From Solirubrobacterales bacterium (GTDB taxonomy: Bacteria > Actinomycetota > Thermoleophilia > Solirubrobacterales > 70-9), in contig DATGAF010000023.1 of NCBI GenBank assembly GCA_035313645.1, positions 40,625-72,624 on the forward strand: DNA of 32,000 nt. Direction: 5' to 3'. This document shows, one piece after another, positions 7,151 to 14,855 of this stretch. The number at the start of each line of letters is the position of its first letter. The first letter of the stretch is position 1. The translations under genes were made by a program, and so were the position numbers. Below the pieces are notes generated by a model. That model worked only from the letters and a program-made list of their open reading frames with translations, made no database searches and was not told the origin of the DNA.

Positions 7151-9068
7151 CCGACCCGATCCATCGGCCGAGCGCCATCAGCGGAAAGGTGAGCCGATAG
7201 AGGTGGTAGTTGATGTAGAAGTCGCCGGGGAAGCCGGTGCCGGTGTACTGAGGCTCGTCCCAGCTGCCATCGTCACGCTGGTGGAGCGCGAGCCACGCGA
7301 GACCCCTTTCGACGGCTGGACCGCGCTCCTCGCCGGCGGCGTGGAGCGCGATCAGCGCCCAGGCGGTCTGCGAGGCCGTGCTGGGACCCCGGCCGATCCA
7401 GCCGGGATCGTCGTAAGAGCGCGCGTCCTCTCCCCAGCCACCGTCCTCGTTCTGGGTCTCGGTCAGCCAGGCGACGGCGCGACGGATTCGCGGGTCACCG
7501 TGAGCCACCCCGCACGCGACGAGCCCAGGGATCGCCGCGCCGGTCCCGTAGACGTGGTTGACGCCCCAGCGGCCGAACCACGAGCCCCGCGCCTCCTGCT
7601 CCGCGAGCACGTAGGAGGCTCCTCGCCGGGCGGCCGGCGCCGCGCCGAGGCCCTCCCCGCCGAGCATCTCGAGCACGTGCGCCGAGACGTCGACGCTCGG
7701 ATCGTCGATCACCTCGCCGAAGTCGCAGAACGGGATCTCCCGGCAGAGCTCCCGGACGTTGTCGGCGTCGAAGGCGCCCCAGCCGCCGTTGGCGCTCTGC
7801 ATGCCGGTGGTCCATTCGACCGCACGTCGGATCGCCTGCTCCGCACGCCCGGGCTGACGATGTGCGACCCGCCGCAGCGCGATCACCACCTCGGCCGCGT
7901 CGTCGATGTCGGGGTAGTGGTCGTTCTCGAACTCGAACGCCCAGCCGCCGGGCGCGAGCCGGGGGCGGCGAACGGCCCAGTCGCCGCGCAGGGAAACCTC
8001 CTCGCCCAGGAGCCACTCACCCGCGCGAACGATCGCGGGATCGTCCGCTTCCACCCCCGCGTCGGTGAGCGCGATGATCGCGAGCGCCGTGTCCCAGACC
8101 GGGGATTGGCAGGCCTCCAGTCGGCGACCGCGGCCGTCGTCGATCAGAAAGCCGTCGATTCCCCCGAGGCCCGCCCGCATCACGGGGTGGTCGAGGGGAT
8201 AGCCGCGTACCGAGAGGGCTATCAACGAGTACACCCAGGGGGGCTGGATCCCGCCCCATGAGCCGTCGGCCTCCTGTCGATCGATGACCCAGCGCTCCAC
8301 GCGCCGGATCGCCCGCCGCCGAAGCCATGCCAGGGGGTGCCGCTCGTACCGGCGCATGATCGAGTCGAGTCCGAGGAGCACCCGGCCTCGGATCGAGCGG
8401 GCTCGAGGTGGAGCGGCCTCTCCAGCGCGAAGCTCCTCCAGGTCGAATGGCACCGGGCGCACCGGCTTCTCGGCCCGCACGATCGTCAGCGCCGCGATCG
8501 TCTGGCGCGCCCAGCAGGCGAAGTCGTAGAGGTTGAGCGGAACCCACGCGGGAAGGAAGATCAGCTCCGGCGGCAGGGCCGGGACGTCGTCCCAGGACCA
8601 CAGGCCGAACAGGGCGAGCCAGATGTGGGTGAACACGCGGGCGCGTTCGAGGCCCCCCTCGCGAAGGATGTGGGCCCGAGCCGCCGCCATGTGCGGCGCG
8701 TCGACGGGGTCGCCGGCCAGCCGAAGCGCGGCGTAGGCCTCGATCGTCGTCGAGACGTTGGGAGGGCCGTCGTGGAAGTTCGCCCAGGTGCCGTCGCTTC
8801 GCTGCTGGGAGCGGATCCATCGGGCGGCTTTCCCGACGGTCTCGTCGTCTGCGGCCCCGAGGAACTCGCGCAGCAGGAGGTCCTCGGCGTCCATCGTCAC
8901 GTTGGTCTCGAGTTCCCCCTTCCACCAGCCGCGCTCGTCCTGAAGCGCGAGCAGGCGCTCGCGGGCGCGCTCGAGCGCCGTCTCGAGCGCGTCGGCCGAA
9001 ACGGGGGAGGGGTCGGGGGGCAAGGCCGTGGGCGCTGCCGGGGCGTTGGATGTCGAGCCGATTGCCAT
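7137..9068 (-). CDS. shc: Squalene-hopene cyclase
   Basis: Catalytic DxDD motif in 'YPDIDDAAEV'. Multiple QW repeats: 'SQQRSDGTWANF', 'DRQEADGSWGG', 'MQSANGGWGAF', 'ETQNEDGGWGE', 'HQRDDGSWDE'. The ATG at 9068 is preceded by GAGG ('ggcGAGGtcattccgATG'). The upstream 105 codons of the track ORF are Arg-rich junk that overlaps the FHA gene. Confidence 0.95.
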   Translation of the reverse strand: MAIGSTSNAPAAPTALPPDPSPVSADALETALERARERLLALQDERGWWKGELETNVTMDAEDLLLREFLGAADDETVGKAARWIRSQQRSDGTWANFHDGPPNVSTTIEAYAALRLAGDPVDAPHMAAARAHILREGGLERARVFTHIWLALFGLWSWDDVPALPPELIFLPAWVPLNLYDFACWARQTIAALTIVRAEKPVRPVPFDLEELRAGEAAPPRARSIRGRVLLGLDSIMRRYERHPLAWLRRRAIRRVERWVIDRQEADGSWGGIQPPWVYSLIALSVRGYPLDHPVMRAGLGGIDGFLIDDGRGRRLEACQSPVWDTALAIIALTDAGVEADDPAIVRAGEWLLGEEVSLRGDWAVRRPRLAPGGWAFEFENDHYPDIDDAAEVVIALRRVAHRQPGRAEQAIRRAVEWTTGMQSANGGWGAFDADNVRELCREIPFCDFGEVIDDPSVDVSAHVLEMLGGEGLGAAPAARRGASYVLAEQEARGSWFGRWGVNHVYGTGAAIPGLVACGVAHGDPRIRRAVAWLTETQNEDGGWGEDARSYDDPGWIGRGPSTASQTAWALIALHAAGEERGPAVERGLAWLALHQRDDGSWDEPQYTGTGFPGDFYINYHLYRLTFPLMALGRWIGSGEPG

Positions 9069-9154
9069 CGGAATGACCTCGCCTGTGCAGGGGAACTTAT
9101 CCAAGGGGGTAGCGGCGGAGCGTGAAGCCCCGCGAGCCCCGCTGAGGCCGGCCC

Positions 9155-9706
9155 TTAGCCCTCGAGCACGTAGAGTCGGTAGCGGCCGATCTCGAGCTCG
9201 TCGCCGTCGCCGAGCGGCGTCCAATCGGTCCGCTCGCCGTTCACGAACAGGCCGTTGAGGCTGCGGTCGTCGAGCGCTCGGAGCTCGTCGTCGGGGGTCC
9301 GCACGATCAAGGCGTGCCGGCGCGAGACCGTCGCGTCGTCGAGGCGGATGTCCGCGGTGCCGCTGCGGCCGATCCGCGTCCACCCGGGGCCGAGCTCCGC
9401 GATCACGGGCTCATCGTCCTCCTCGTAGGCGATGTAGAGCTTGTCGGCCTCGAGCTCGTTCCGAACCTCGTCCAGCCACCCGGGCGGGGCGGGAGAGGGG
9501 GCGATCGCGTCGGCGTCGACCGTGGGTGACTCGAACATCGACGCTCGGCGGAACCTCGACTCGCCGCAGGCCGGGCAATTCGGGAGCTCGTCGGTCGCGG
9601 ACAGGGAGATCGAATACCCGCACCCGACGCAGACCAACGATCCGACCGCGGCCAGCTCTCCCGTCTGCCCAGCTTCGGTAACTCCGTCTACCAACAAGCC
9701 CATCAC
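9155..9706 (-). CDS. FHA domain protein with an N-terminal CxxC...CxxC zinc ribbon
   Basis: N-terminus 'CVGCGYSISLSATDELPNCPACG' carries four Cys in zinc-ribbon spacing. C-terminal FHA signature: 'TRIGRSGTADIRLDDATVSRRHALI', 'SLNGLFVNGERT', 'GDGDELEIGRYRLYV'. Start is GTG at 9706 or ATG at 9703. It is co-directional with shc, 86 bp upstream. Confidence 0.85.
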   Translation of the reverse strand: MMGLLVDGVTEAGQTGELAAVGSLVCVGCGYSISLSATDELPNCPACGESRFRRASMFESPTVDADAIAPSPAPPGWLDEVRNELEADKLYIAYEEDDEPVIAELGPGWTRIGRSGTADIRLDDATVSRRHALIVRTPDDELRALDDRSLNGLFVNGERTDWTPLGDGDELEIGRYRLYVLEG

Positions 9707-9787
9707 GATCCCGAGTTCGTGGCAATGTTAACCAGGGATCCTCGACCGTCCGCTCGAAAAGCGCCCAAACGTCCGCAATTTGGAACA

Positions 9788-9814
9788 TTGCTGACCGAAA
9801 TCGGCGAATAGAAT
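9788..9814 (+). promoter_or_regulatory. Candidate sigma-70-type promoter placed for a leaderless transcript of the SRPBCC gene
   Basis: 'TAGAAT' (9809-9814) is a 5/6 match to TATAAT. It ends 8 nt before the GTG at 9823, and no SD sequence lies in between. The -35-like 'TTGCTG' (9788-9793) gives only a 15-nt spacer. The site lies in the least GC-rich intergenic stretch of the window (9707-9822). Confidence 0.25.
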
Positions 9815-9822
9815 CGCCGGCC

Positions 9823-10326
9823 GTGGGCCCCGTGAAGGCGACCAAGAAGATCGACGCCCCTCGCGAGGCCGTGTTCGAGGTCCTCTGCGACCTGGCGAAT
9901 CGCCCTGCCTTCACCGATCACTTCCTCGACGAGTTTCGCCTCGAGCGGCTCGAGTCCTCCGGCGTGGGCGCGGCGGCGCGGATGCGGGTCAACGGCCGCA
10001 TGTGGATGGAGACCGTGATCGAGGAGGCCTCGGCCCCGCACCGGATCCGCGAGCGGGGCAAAGGGGGAAGGCTCGATCGGATCCCGATCCTCACCTACTG
10101 GGAGCTGATCGAGGAGCTCCCGGGAAGCTGCGAGGTGGCGGTGAGCTTCTGGACCGACCCCTCGCATCCGCTCGACCGCCTACGCGAGCTGCGCGGCGCC
10201 GAGCGCTCCTATCGCCGAAGCTGGTCGCACGCGCTGTCGAGGCTGAAGGAGATCGTCGAGTCGGGCCGGCCGCCGGAGCGCATCGTGGTGGCGGGAGCGG
10301 CTCGGGTGCCCGCAACGGGTCCGTGA
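9823..10326 (+). CDS. SRPBCC (START/polyketide-cyclase-like) family protein
   Basis: The N-terminus 'KKIDAPREAVFEVLCDLANRPAFTDHF' is the typical opening of SRPBCC/cyclase-dehydrase-fold proteins. About 165 aa, high GC3 frame, GTG start. The family call comes from pattern recognition only. Confidence 0.65.
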   Translation: MGPVKATKKIDAPREAVFEVLCDLANRPAFTDHFLDEFRLERLESSGVGAAARMRVNGRMWMETVIEEASAPHRIRERGKGGRLDRIPILTYWELIEELPGSCEVAVSFWTDPSHPLDRLRELRGAERSYRRSWSHALSRLKEIVESGRPPERIVVAGAARVPATGP

Positions 10327-10416
10327 CGCTGCGACCGCGAGGCGGAAAGCCGGCGCGGACCCCTGGTCCCTTCGTGAGTCTCGAGCTTCGCGACGTGTGA
10401 ATAGACTTCCGCCGCC

Positions 10417-10980
10417 ATGCTGCGCGTCGCCGGCCTTCCAACGCGTCTCGGTGCCGCCTTGATGCTGAGCGCCGCACTGGGGGCCGGGCTTCTGCTGTCG
10501 GGCTGCAACACCAATCCCGAGGACACCACCAGCGTCGCCGAGGGGGAGGCGATGAAGGTCGGCGAGCTCCTCTACAACGTGCAGATCACCCGCTATCTGA
10601 ACCCCAGCGACCCGGAGGACAAGGCGTATCTCACGGGACAGCCGGCCCTGTCCCCCAACCAGTACTACCTCGGGGTCTTCATGCAGATTCAGAACGAGTC
10701 GGGCAGCGCCCAGCCCGTGCCGGCACGGTTCACGGTCACCGACACCGAGGGCCACAAGTTCAAGCCGATCCAGAGCCATAGCCTGTTCGCCCTCAAGCTC
10801 GGCGGGAACGTCGCGGGCGACGGTGCGCTGCCCGTGCCGGAATCGACCGCCGCGGATGGTCCGATCCAGGGGTCGATGGTCCTCTTCCGGATCACCGGGT
10901 CGGCGATCGAAGCCCGACCATTGACCCTCGACATACCCTCGACCACTGGATCCGCTGGCCACGTCGAGCTTGACATCTAG
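10417..10980 (+). CDS. Putative secreted lipoprotein (beta-rich, DUF4352-like)
   Basis: Signal peptide plus lipobox 'LGAGLLLSGC'. The mature part resembles small immunoglobulin-like lipoproteins ('YYLGVFMQIQNESGSAQPVPARFTVTDTEGHKFKP'). Confidence 0.75.
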   Translation: MLRVAGLPTRLGAALMLSAALGAGLLLSGCNTNPEDTTSVAEGEAMKVGELLYNVQITRYLNPSDPEDKAYLTGQPALSPNQYYLGVFMQIQNESGSAQPVPARFTVTDTEGHKFKPIQSHSLFALKLGGNVAGDGALPVPESTAADGPIQGSMVLFRITGSAIEARPLTLDIPSTTGSAGHVELDI

Positions 10981-11290
10981 CACCGCCCTGCGAGTGGCCC
11001 TCATCGCCGCGGTGCTCGCGGCGGTGATCGTCATCTTCAACCTGTTCGGGATCGGGTTTCGGGTCTTCTGCCTGGTCGTGATCGCCGCCGCGACCCTGAT
11101 CGCGCTGCCCCACCGCTCCCGCGACGGCGGCGGCTGGTGGTGGCTCCTCGCGGCGGGGGCGGCGGCGTCGATCCTCGGCGCGATCATCGCCCAGCCGGCG
11201 GAGACGCTCGGCGGCTGGCTGGCCCTGATCGGCGGCCTGCTCGTGATCGTCGCGGCGGCGGTGGGGTTCCCTCGCGAGATGGAGGAATAG
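10970..11290 (+). CDS. Small integral membrane protein (3-4 predicted TM helices), unknown function
   Basis: Strongly hydrophobic segments ('ALIAAVLAAVIVIFNLFGIGFRVFCLVVIAAATLIAL', 'WWWLLAAGAAASILGAIIA', 'LALIGGLLVIVAAAV'). GC3 is very high throughout. The start is either TTG at 10970 (overlaps the previous gene) or GTG at 10994. Confidence 0.55.
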   Translation: MTSSTALRVALIAAVLAAVIVIFNLFGIGFRVFCLVVIAAATLIALPHRSRDGGGWWWLLAAGAAASILGAIIAQPAETLGGWLALIGGLLVIVAAAVGFPREMEE

Positions 11291-11301
11291 CGCTACGCGA
11301 T

Positions 11302-11374
11302 CGCGTCAGGGGCCGGGCAGGAGAGCCCCGCGACGCGAAATGGGGATTGTCCATCTCATCGATGGAGGATCCCC
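11302..11374. terminator. Two tandem stem-loops in a convergent intergenic spacer (candidate terminators)
   Basis: Hairpin 1, 11302-11337: 'CGCGTC a GGGGC ...loop... GCCCC gc GACGCG'. Hairpin 2, 11342-11374: 'GGGGAT tgt CCATC tcatc GATGG agg ATCCCC'. They sit between the small membrane protein gene (+, ends 11290) and the PBP gene (-, ends 11445). There are no strong U-tracts. Confidence 0.3.
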
Positions 11375-11444
11375 CGTTCGCGCCGGCAAGGCCCGGGCCG
11401 CTTCCCACCAGCCTCGACTCGACCGCACGAAGCCTAGTCTGCCG

Positions 11445-13187
11445 CTAGCCAACGCCGAGCCCGGTGGCCAGCACCTGTCGGACGATCGGCGCCGCGACCG
11501 TGCCGCCGTCGCCGCTGGCGTTGACGACCATCGCGGCCGCCACCAGCTTCGGGGCGCTAGCCGGCGCGAATGCCGTGAACCAGGCATCGATCTGCTGGGC
11601 GGCCCCGGCCGACCCGGTTGGATTGGGTCCGAGCTCGGCGGTCCCGGTCTTGCCCGCCACCTGGATCCCAGGGAGGGCGGCGGCGGTTCCGGTGCCGTTC
11701 TGAACCACGCCGATCATCAGCGAGCGCAGGGTCGAGGCGATCTCGGGCGAGGTCACCTGGACGGGGCCGGCGGAGGAGCGCAGAGCGCGGTCGGTCACCA
11801 TCTCGTTCGGGCTCCTGGTGCCCCGGTTGGCGATCGTCTGGGCGACGGAGGCCATCTCGAACGGCGTGGCGAGCACCTTCCCCTGGCCGATCGCGCTGAC
11901 CGCGAGGTCGAGGTCGCTGGGGATCGTGCTCGGGATGGTGCTCTCGGGGGCGTGGAGCGCGCGGACCGCGCCCTCGTCGAACAGGGTCAGCGGGGAGTTG
12001 AAGCCGAACCGCTCCGCGGTGTCGACGAGGCGCTGGGAGCCGATCTTCGGCCCCAGGGGAGCGAACACGGCGTTGCACGACTCCGCGAAGGCCTGGACGA
12101 AGCTGCCGCCGCACGCCTCCATGTTGGCGTTGTCGATCTCGCGTCCATCGACGACGGTCGAGGTCGTGATCGGGAACTGGTCGCTCAGCTTGACCACTCC
12201 GGCGTCGAGCGCCGCGGTGGTCGTGATCACCTTGAAGGTCGATCCCGGCGGCTGGGGTCCCGAGAACGCGATGCCGGCGAGTGCCAGCACCGCCCCGGTC
12301 TTCGCGTCGAGCACGGCGACGCCTCCGTACTGCCCGCCGAGCGCCACGGCCGCCGACCGCTGGAGGTCGGGATCGATCGTGGTGTGGACCGGCTTGCCGG
12401 GGACGGGGTCGCTCGAGACGATGATCCTGCCTCCGACGCTTGGCCGCGAGGCGCGGTTACCGACCGCGACGAGCTCGCCGCCCGGGCGCCCGGCGAGTCG
12501 CCGGTTGAACGCGAGCTCGAGGCCGCTCGTGCCGGTCGGCGCAGCGGGCGGAAATCCAAGCCGCATGAGCTCCCGGTTCTCCGGCGCCTTCGGCGTCGAG
12601 ACCTCGCCCGCCACGTTCACCGCCGCGGCGCCCAGCGGCGAGGAGCGCGCCGTCGCCGGGCCCTCGGCGAGCGGCGTCCCGTCGCGGGCCAGGATCGACG
12701 CCCGCGTCGGAACGCGGGTGCGGCGGACCAGGCGCTCCTTCGGCGCGAGGCCGGGGAACACGAGGTTGGGCGCCCAGTCGACGCTGTCGCCGTCGAGCGG
12801 CACGGTCAGGTTGCCGGCGATTTGCCCGAACGCGTTGGTGTCGAGCGTCACCGGGACGACGGCGACCCTGCGACCGCCCGCCTCGTCCTCGGAGACGTCT
12901 CCCGTGCTGAGGCTCTTGACCGTCGCCGTCCGCTCGGCGTTGTCGTAGTCGCTGGTGAACTGGGCCAGGGTGTAATGGCTGGCCGAAGCGGAGCCGAGCT
13001 CCGCGTACATGCCCGCGAAGTCGCCTCTCTCCCAATCGTCGGCGAATCGCTGGACGCCCGCGACGTTGGTGTGCGCGGCGCCGACGATCAGCCCCGCGGC
13101 GAACGCGACGAGGCCAAGAAAGGCGATGGGAAGGGCTCGAGTCAGGAGGCGGCGCCTCCGAGCCGCTTGCGTGCTGGTCGGACTCAA
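11445..13187 (-). CDS. Class-B penicillin-binding protein (transpeptidase) with a membrane anchor and an NTF2-like N-terminal domain
   Basis: Transpeptidase motifs: SxxK 'STFKVITT', SxN 'ESCNAVF', KTG 'GKTGTAE'. N-terminal TM 'LPIAFLGLVAFAAGLIVGAA', followed by a MecA_N-type region ('FADDWERGDFAGMY'). TTG start at 13187. Confidence 0.9.
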   Translation of the reverse strand: MSPTSTQAARRRRLLTRALPIAFLGLVAFAAGLIVGAAHTNVAGVQRFADDWERGDFAGMYAELGSASASHYTLAQFTSDYDNAERTATVKSLSTGDVSEDEAGGRRVAVVPVTLDTNAFGQIAGNLTVPLDGDSVDWAPNLVFPGLAPKERLVRRTRVPTRASILARDGTPLAEGPATARSSPLGAAAVNVAGEVSTPKAPENRELMRLGFPPAAPTGTSGLELAFNRRLAGRPGGELVAVGNRASRPSVGGRIIVSSDPVPGKPVHTTIDPDLQRSAAVALGGQYGGVAVLDAKTGAVLALAGIAFSGPQPPGSTFKVITTTAALDAGVVKLSDQFPITTSTVVDGREIDNANMEACGGSFVQAFAESCNAVFAPLGPKIGSQRLVDTAERFGFNSPLTLFDEGAVRALHAPESTIPSTIPSDLDLAVSAIGQGKVLATPFEMASVAQTIANRGTRSPNEMVTDRALRSSAGPVQVTSPEIASTLRSLMIGVVQNGTGTAAALPGIQVAGKTGTAELGPNPTGSAGAAQQIDAWFTAFAPASAPKLVAAAMVVNASGDGGTVAAPIVRQVLATGLGVG

Positions 13188-13210
13188 GCCGATACAAAGG
13201 TAGTGGCCAG

Positions 13211-14368
13211 GTGAACGTCGTCGACCTGATCATCGTCGTATTCGCGGTCGCGTTCGCCGCGATCGGCTACGAGCGAGGACTGATCGCCAGCGGTCTCCCG
13301 CTGGCCGGCTTCGTGATCGGCGCGGCGGTAGGCGGCCGTCTCGGTCCCGCCCTGCTCTCCGGTGGGAGCGAGTCGTCCTACGCCCCGCTGGTCACCGTGC
13401 TCGCGGGCCTGCTTCTCGGCGCGGCGCTCGCGCTCGCGCTCGAGGGGGTCGGTTCGGCGATCCACCTTCGATACCTGCCTCGAGGCGGGCCCGCCGCCTG
13501 GCTGGATGGTGCCGGCGGGGCGATCCTCCTCGGCGCCCTCGCCCTCCTCCTGGCCTGGGCGTTCGGCGCGGCGGCGCTGAACGCCCCCGGCCCCGGCGCC
13601 CGGGGCCTGCGAAGCGCGCTGCAGAAGTCCAGCATCCTCACGGCGCTCACCGACGCCTTCCCGCCGAGCGGCCCGCTGCTCAACCTCCTGCGCCACGTCG
13701 ACCCGGTGCCGCCGGTGAGTGGGCCCGAGGCGAACGTCGGCGCCCCCGAGCCGGCGATCGCGCACGACCCGGGTGTCAGGCGCGCGGGCCGCAGCGTGGT
13801 CAAGGTGCTCGGCACCGCCTGCGGGCTGGGGATCGAGGGAAGCGGCTGGGTGGCGGCTCCGGGGCTCGTGGTCACGAACGCCCACGTCGTCGCGGGCGAG
13901 GCGGACACCACGGTGACGGGCCGGTCGGGTCCCTCCCTCGACGCGACCGCCGTGCACTACGACCGTCGCAACGACCTCGCGATCCTGCGCGTCAGCGGGC
14001 TGGGACTGCCGGCGCTGCGGATCGCGCCGCGGGTGCCGAAGGGAGCCCCCGGGGCGGTCCTGGGGTATCCGGAGAACGGGCCGTTCACGGTCACGGCGGC
14101 TCGCGTGGGGAGCGCCGGGAAGGTGATCAGCCAGGACTCCTACGGACAGGGCCCGGTGCAGCGGGAGATGACGCCGTTTCGCGGCCAGGTCAGAAGCGGG
14201 AACTCCGGCGGCCCCCTGGTCGACCGAACGGGGAGGGTGCTGACCACCGTGTTCGCGGCCGCCAAGGGGAAGGGCCCGCCGGGCGGGCTGGGCATCCCCG
14301 ACGCGATCGTTCGCCGCGCGCTGAGCGGCAGCCTGCGACCGGCGGGCACCGGGCCCTGCGCGGCCTAG
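13211..14368 (+). CDS. CvpA-family membrane domain fused to a trypsin-like (S1) serine protease; MarP-like
   Basis: The N-terminal 4-TM CvpA-like part opens 'MNVVDLIIVVFAVAFAAIGYERGLI'. Protease catalytic triad contexts: 'VVTNAHVVAG' (His), 'NDLAILRV' (Asp), 'GNSGGPLVD' (Ser). This architecture equals that of mycobacterial MarP (Rv3671c). GTG start. Confidence 0.88.
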   Translation: MNVVDLIIVVFAVAFAAIGYERGLIASGLPLAGFVIGAAVGGRLGPALLSGGSESSYAPLVTVLAGLLLGAALALALEGVGSAIHLRYLPRGGPAAWLDGAGGAILLGALALLLAWAFGAAALNAPGPGARGLRSALQKSSILTALTDAFPPSGPLLNLLRHVDPVPPVSGPEANVGAPEPAIAHDPGVRRAGRSVVKVLGTACGLGIEGSGWVAAPGLVVTNAHVVAGEADTTVTGRSGPSLDATAVHYDRRNDLAILRVSGLGLPALRIAPRVPKGAPGAVLGYPENGPFTVTAARVGSAGKVISQDSYGQGPVQREMTPFRGQVRSGNSGGPLVDRTGRVLTTVFAAAKGKGPPGGLGIPDAIVRRALSGSLRPAGTGPCAA

Positions 14369-14410
14369 CCTCGCGGACCCGGGTTCGCCACCCGCTAACC
14401 TCATTCGAGG

Positions 14411-14788
14411 GTGGAACCCGCGGCTTCGCAAGCGCAGCGCGCCCGAGAAGAGCGCGCCCGAGCTCGGTCCCAAGGCCCGCCGGCCCGTGTCTGTCCCGAC
14501 TTCCATCACGCGGTCGAGTTGATCGGCAAGCGCTGGTCGGGGGCGATCGTGTGGGCGCTCTCGGAGCGTCCCCATTACTTCGCCGAGCTCTGCCAGGCCG
14601 TCCCCGGCCTCTCGGACCGCCTTCTGTCTCGTCGCCTGCGCGAGCTGGAGGGGGAGCGCATCGTCGAGCGGTCCGTATACGCCGGCACGCCGCCGCGCGT
14701 CTCCTACGCCCTGACCGAGAAGGGGAGGGCGCTTCGTCCCGCCATCCAGAAGCTCCGCGCCTGGGCGCAGGAGTGGAACTCGGACTAG
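14411..14788 (+). CDS. HxlR-family winged-helix transcriptional regulator
   Basis: 'CPDFHHAVELIGKRWSGAIVWAL', 'FAELCQAVPGLSDRLLSRRLRELEGERIVER' and 'PPRVSYALTEKG' are the canonical HxlR pattern. This includes the conserved N-terminal Cys. Confidence 0.85.
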   Translation: MEPAASQAQRAREERARARSQGPPARVCPDFHHAVELIGKRWSGAIVWALSERPHYFAELCQAVPGLSDRLLSRRLRELEGERIVERSVYAGTPPRVSYALTEKGRALRPAIQKLRAWAQEWNSD

Positions 14789-14855
14789 CTCCAGCGGGCG
14801 CACGGGCAAGCGCTGTCCTACCCGCGCACGTGTCGATCGAAACGCGCGCGTGCCG

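Noticed and set aside
9069-9383. The 105-codon N-terminal extension of the SHC ORF in the track (start at 9383).
   Set aside because: The extension is Arg-rich ('RPQRHRGHPPRRRDG...') and overlaps the 3' end of the FHA gene. The ATG at 9068 has a GAGG RBS and gives an SHC of normal length.
11340-14809. Long ORFs 11340..13214 (+, 624 aa) and 13184..14809 (-, 541 aa), which lie opposite the PBP and the MarP-like/HxlR genes.
   Set aside because: These are antisense to genes with SxxK/SxN/KTG motifs and a His/Asp/Ser triad. Their translations are Arg/Gly/Asp-rich with no recognisable domains.
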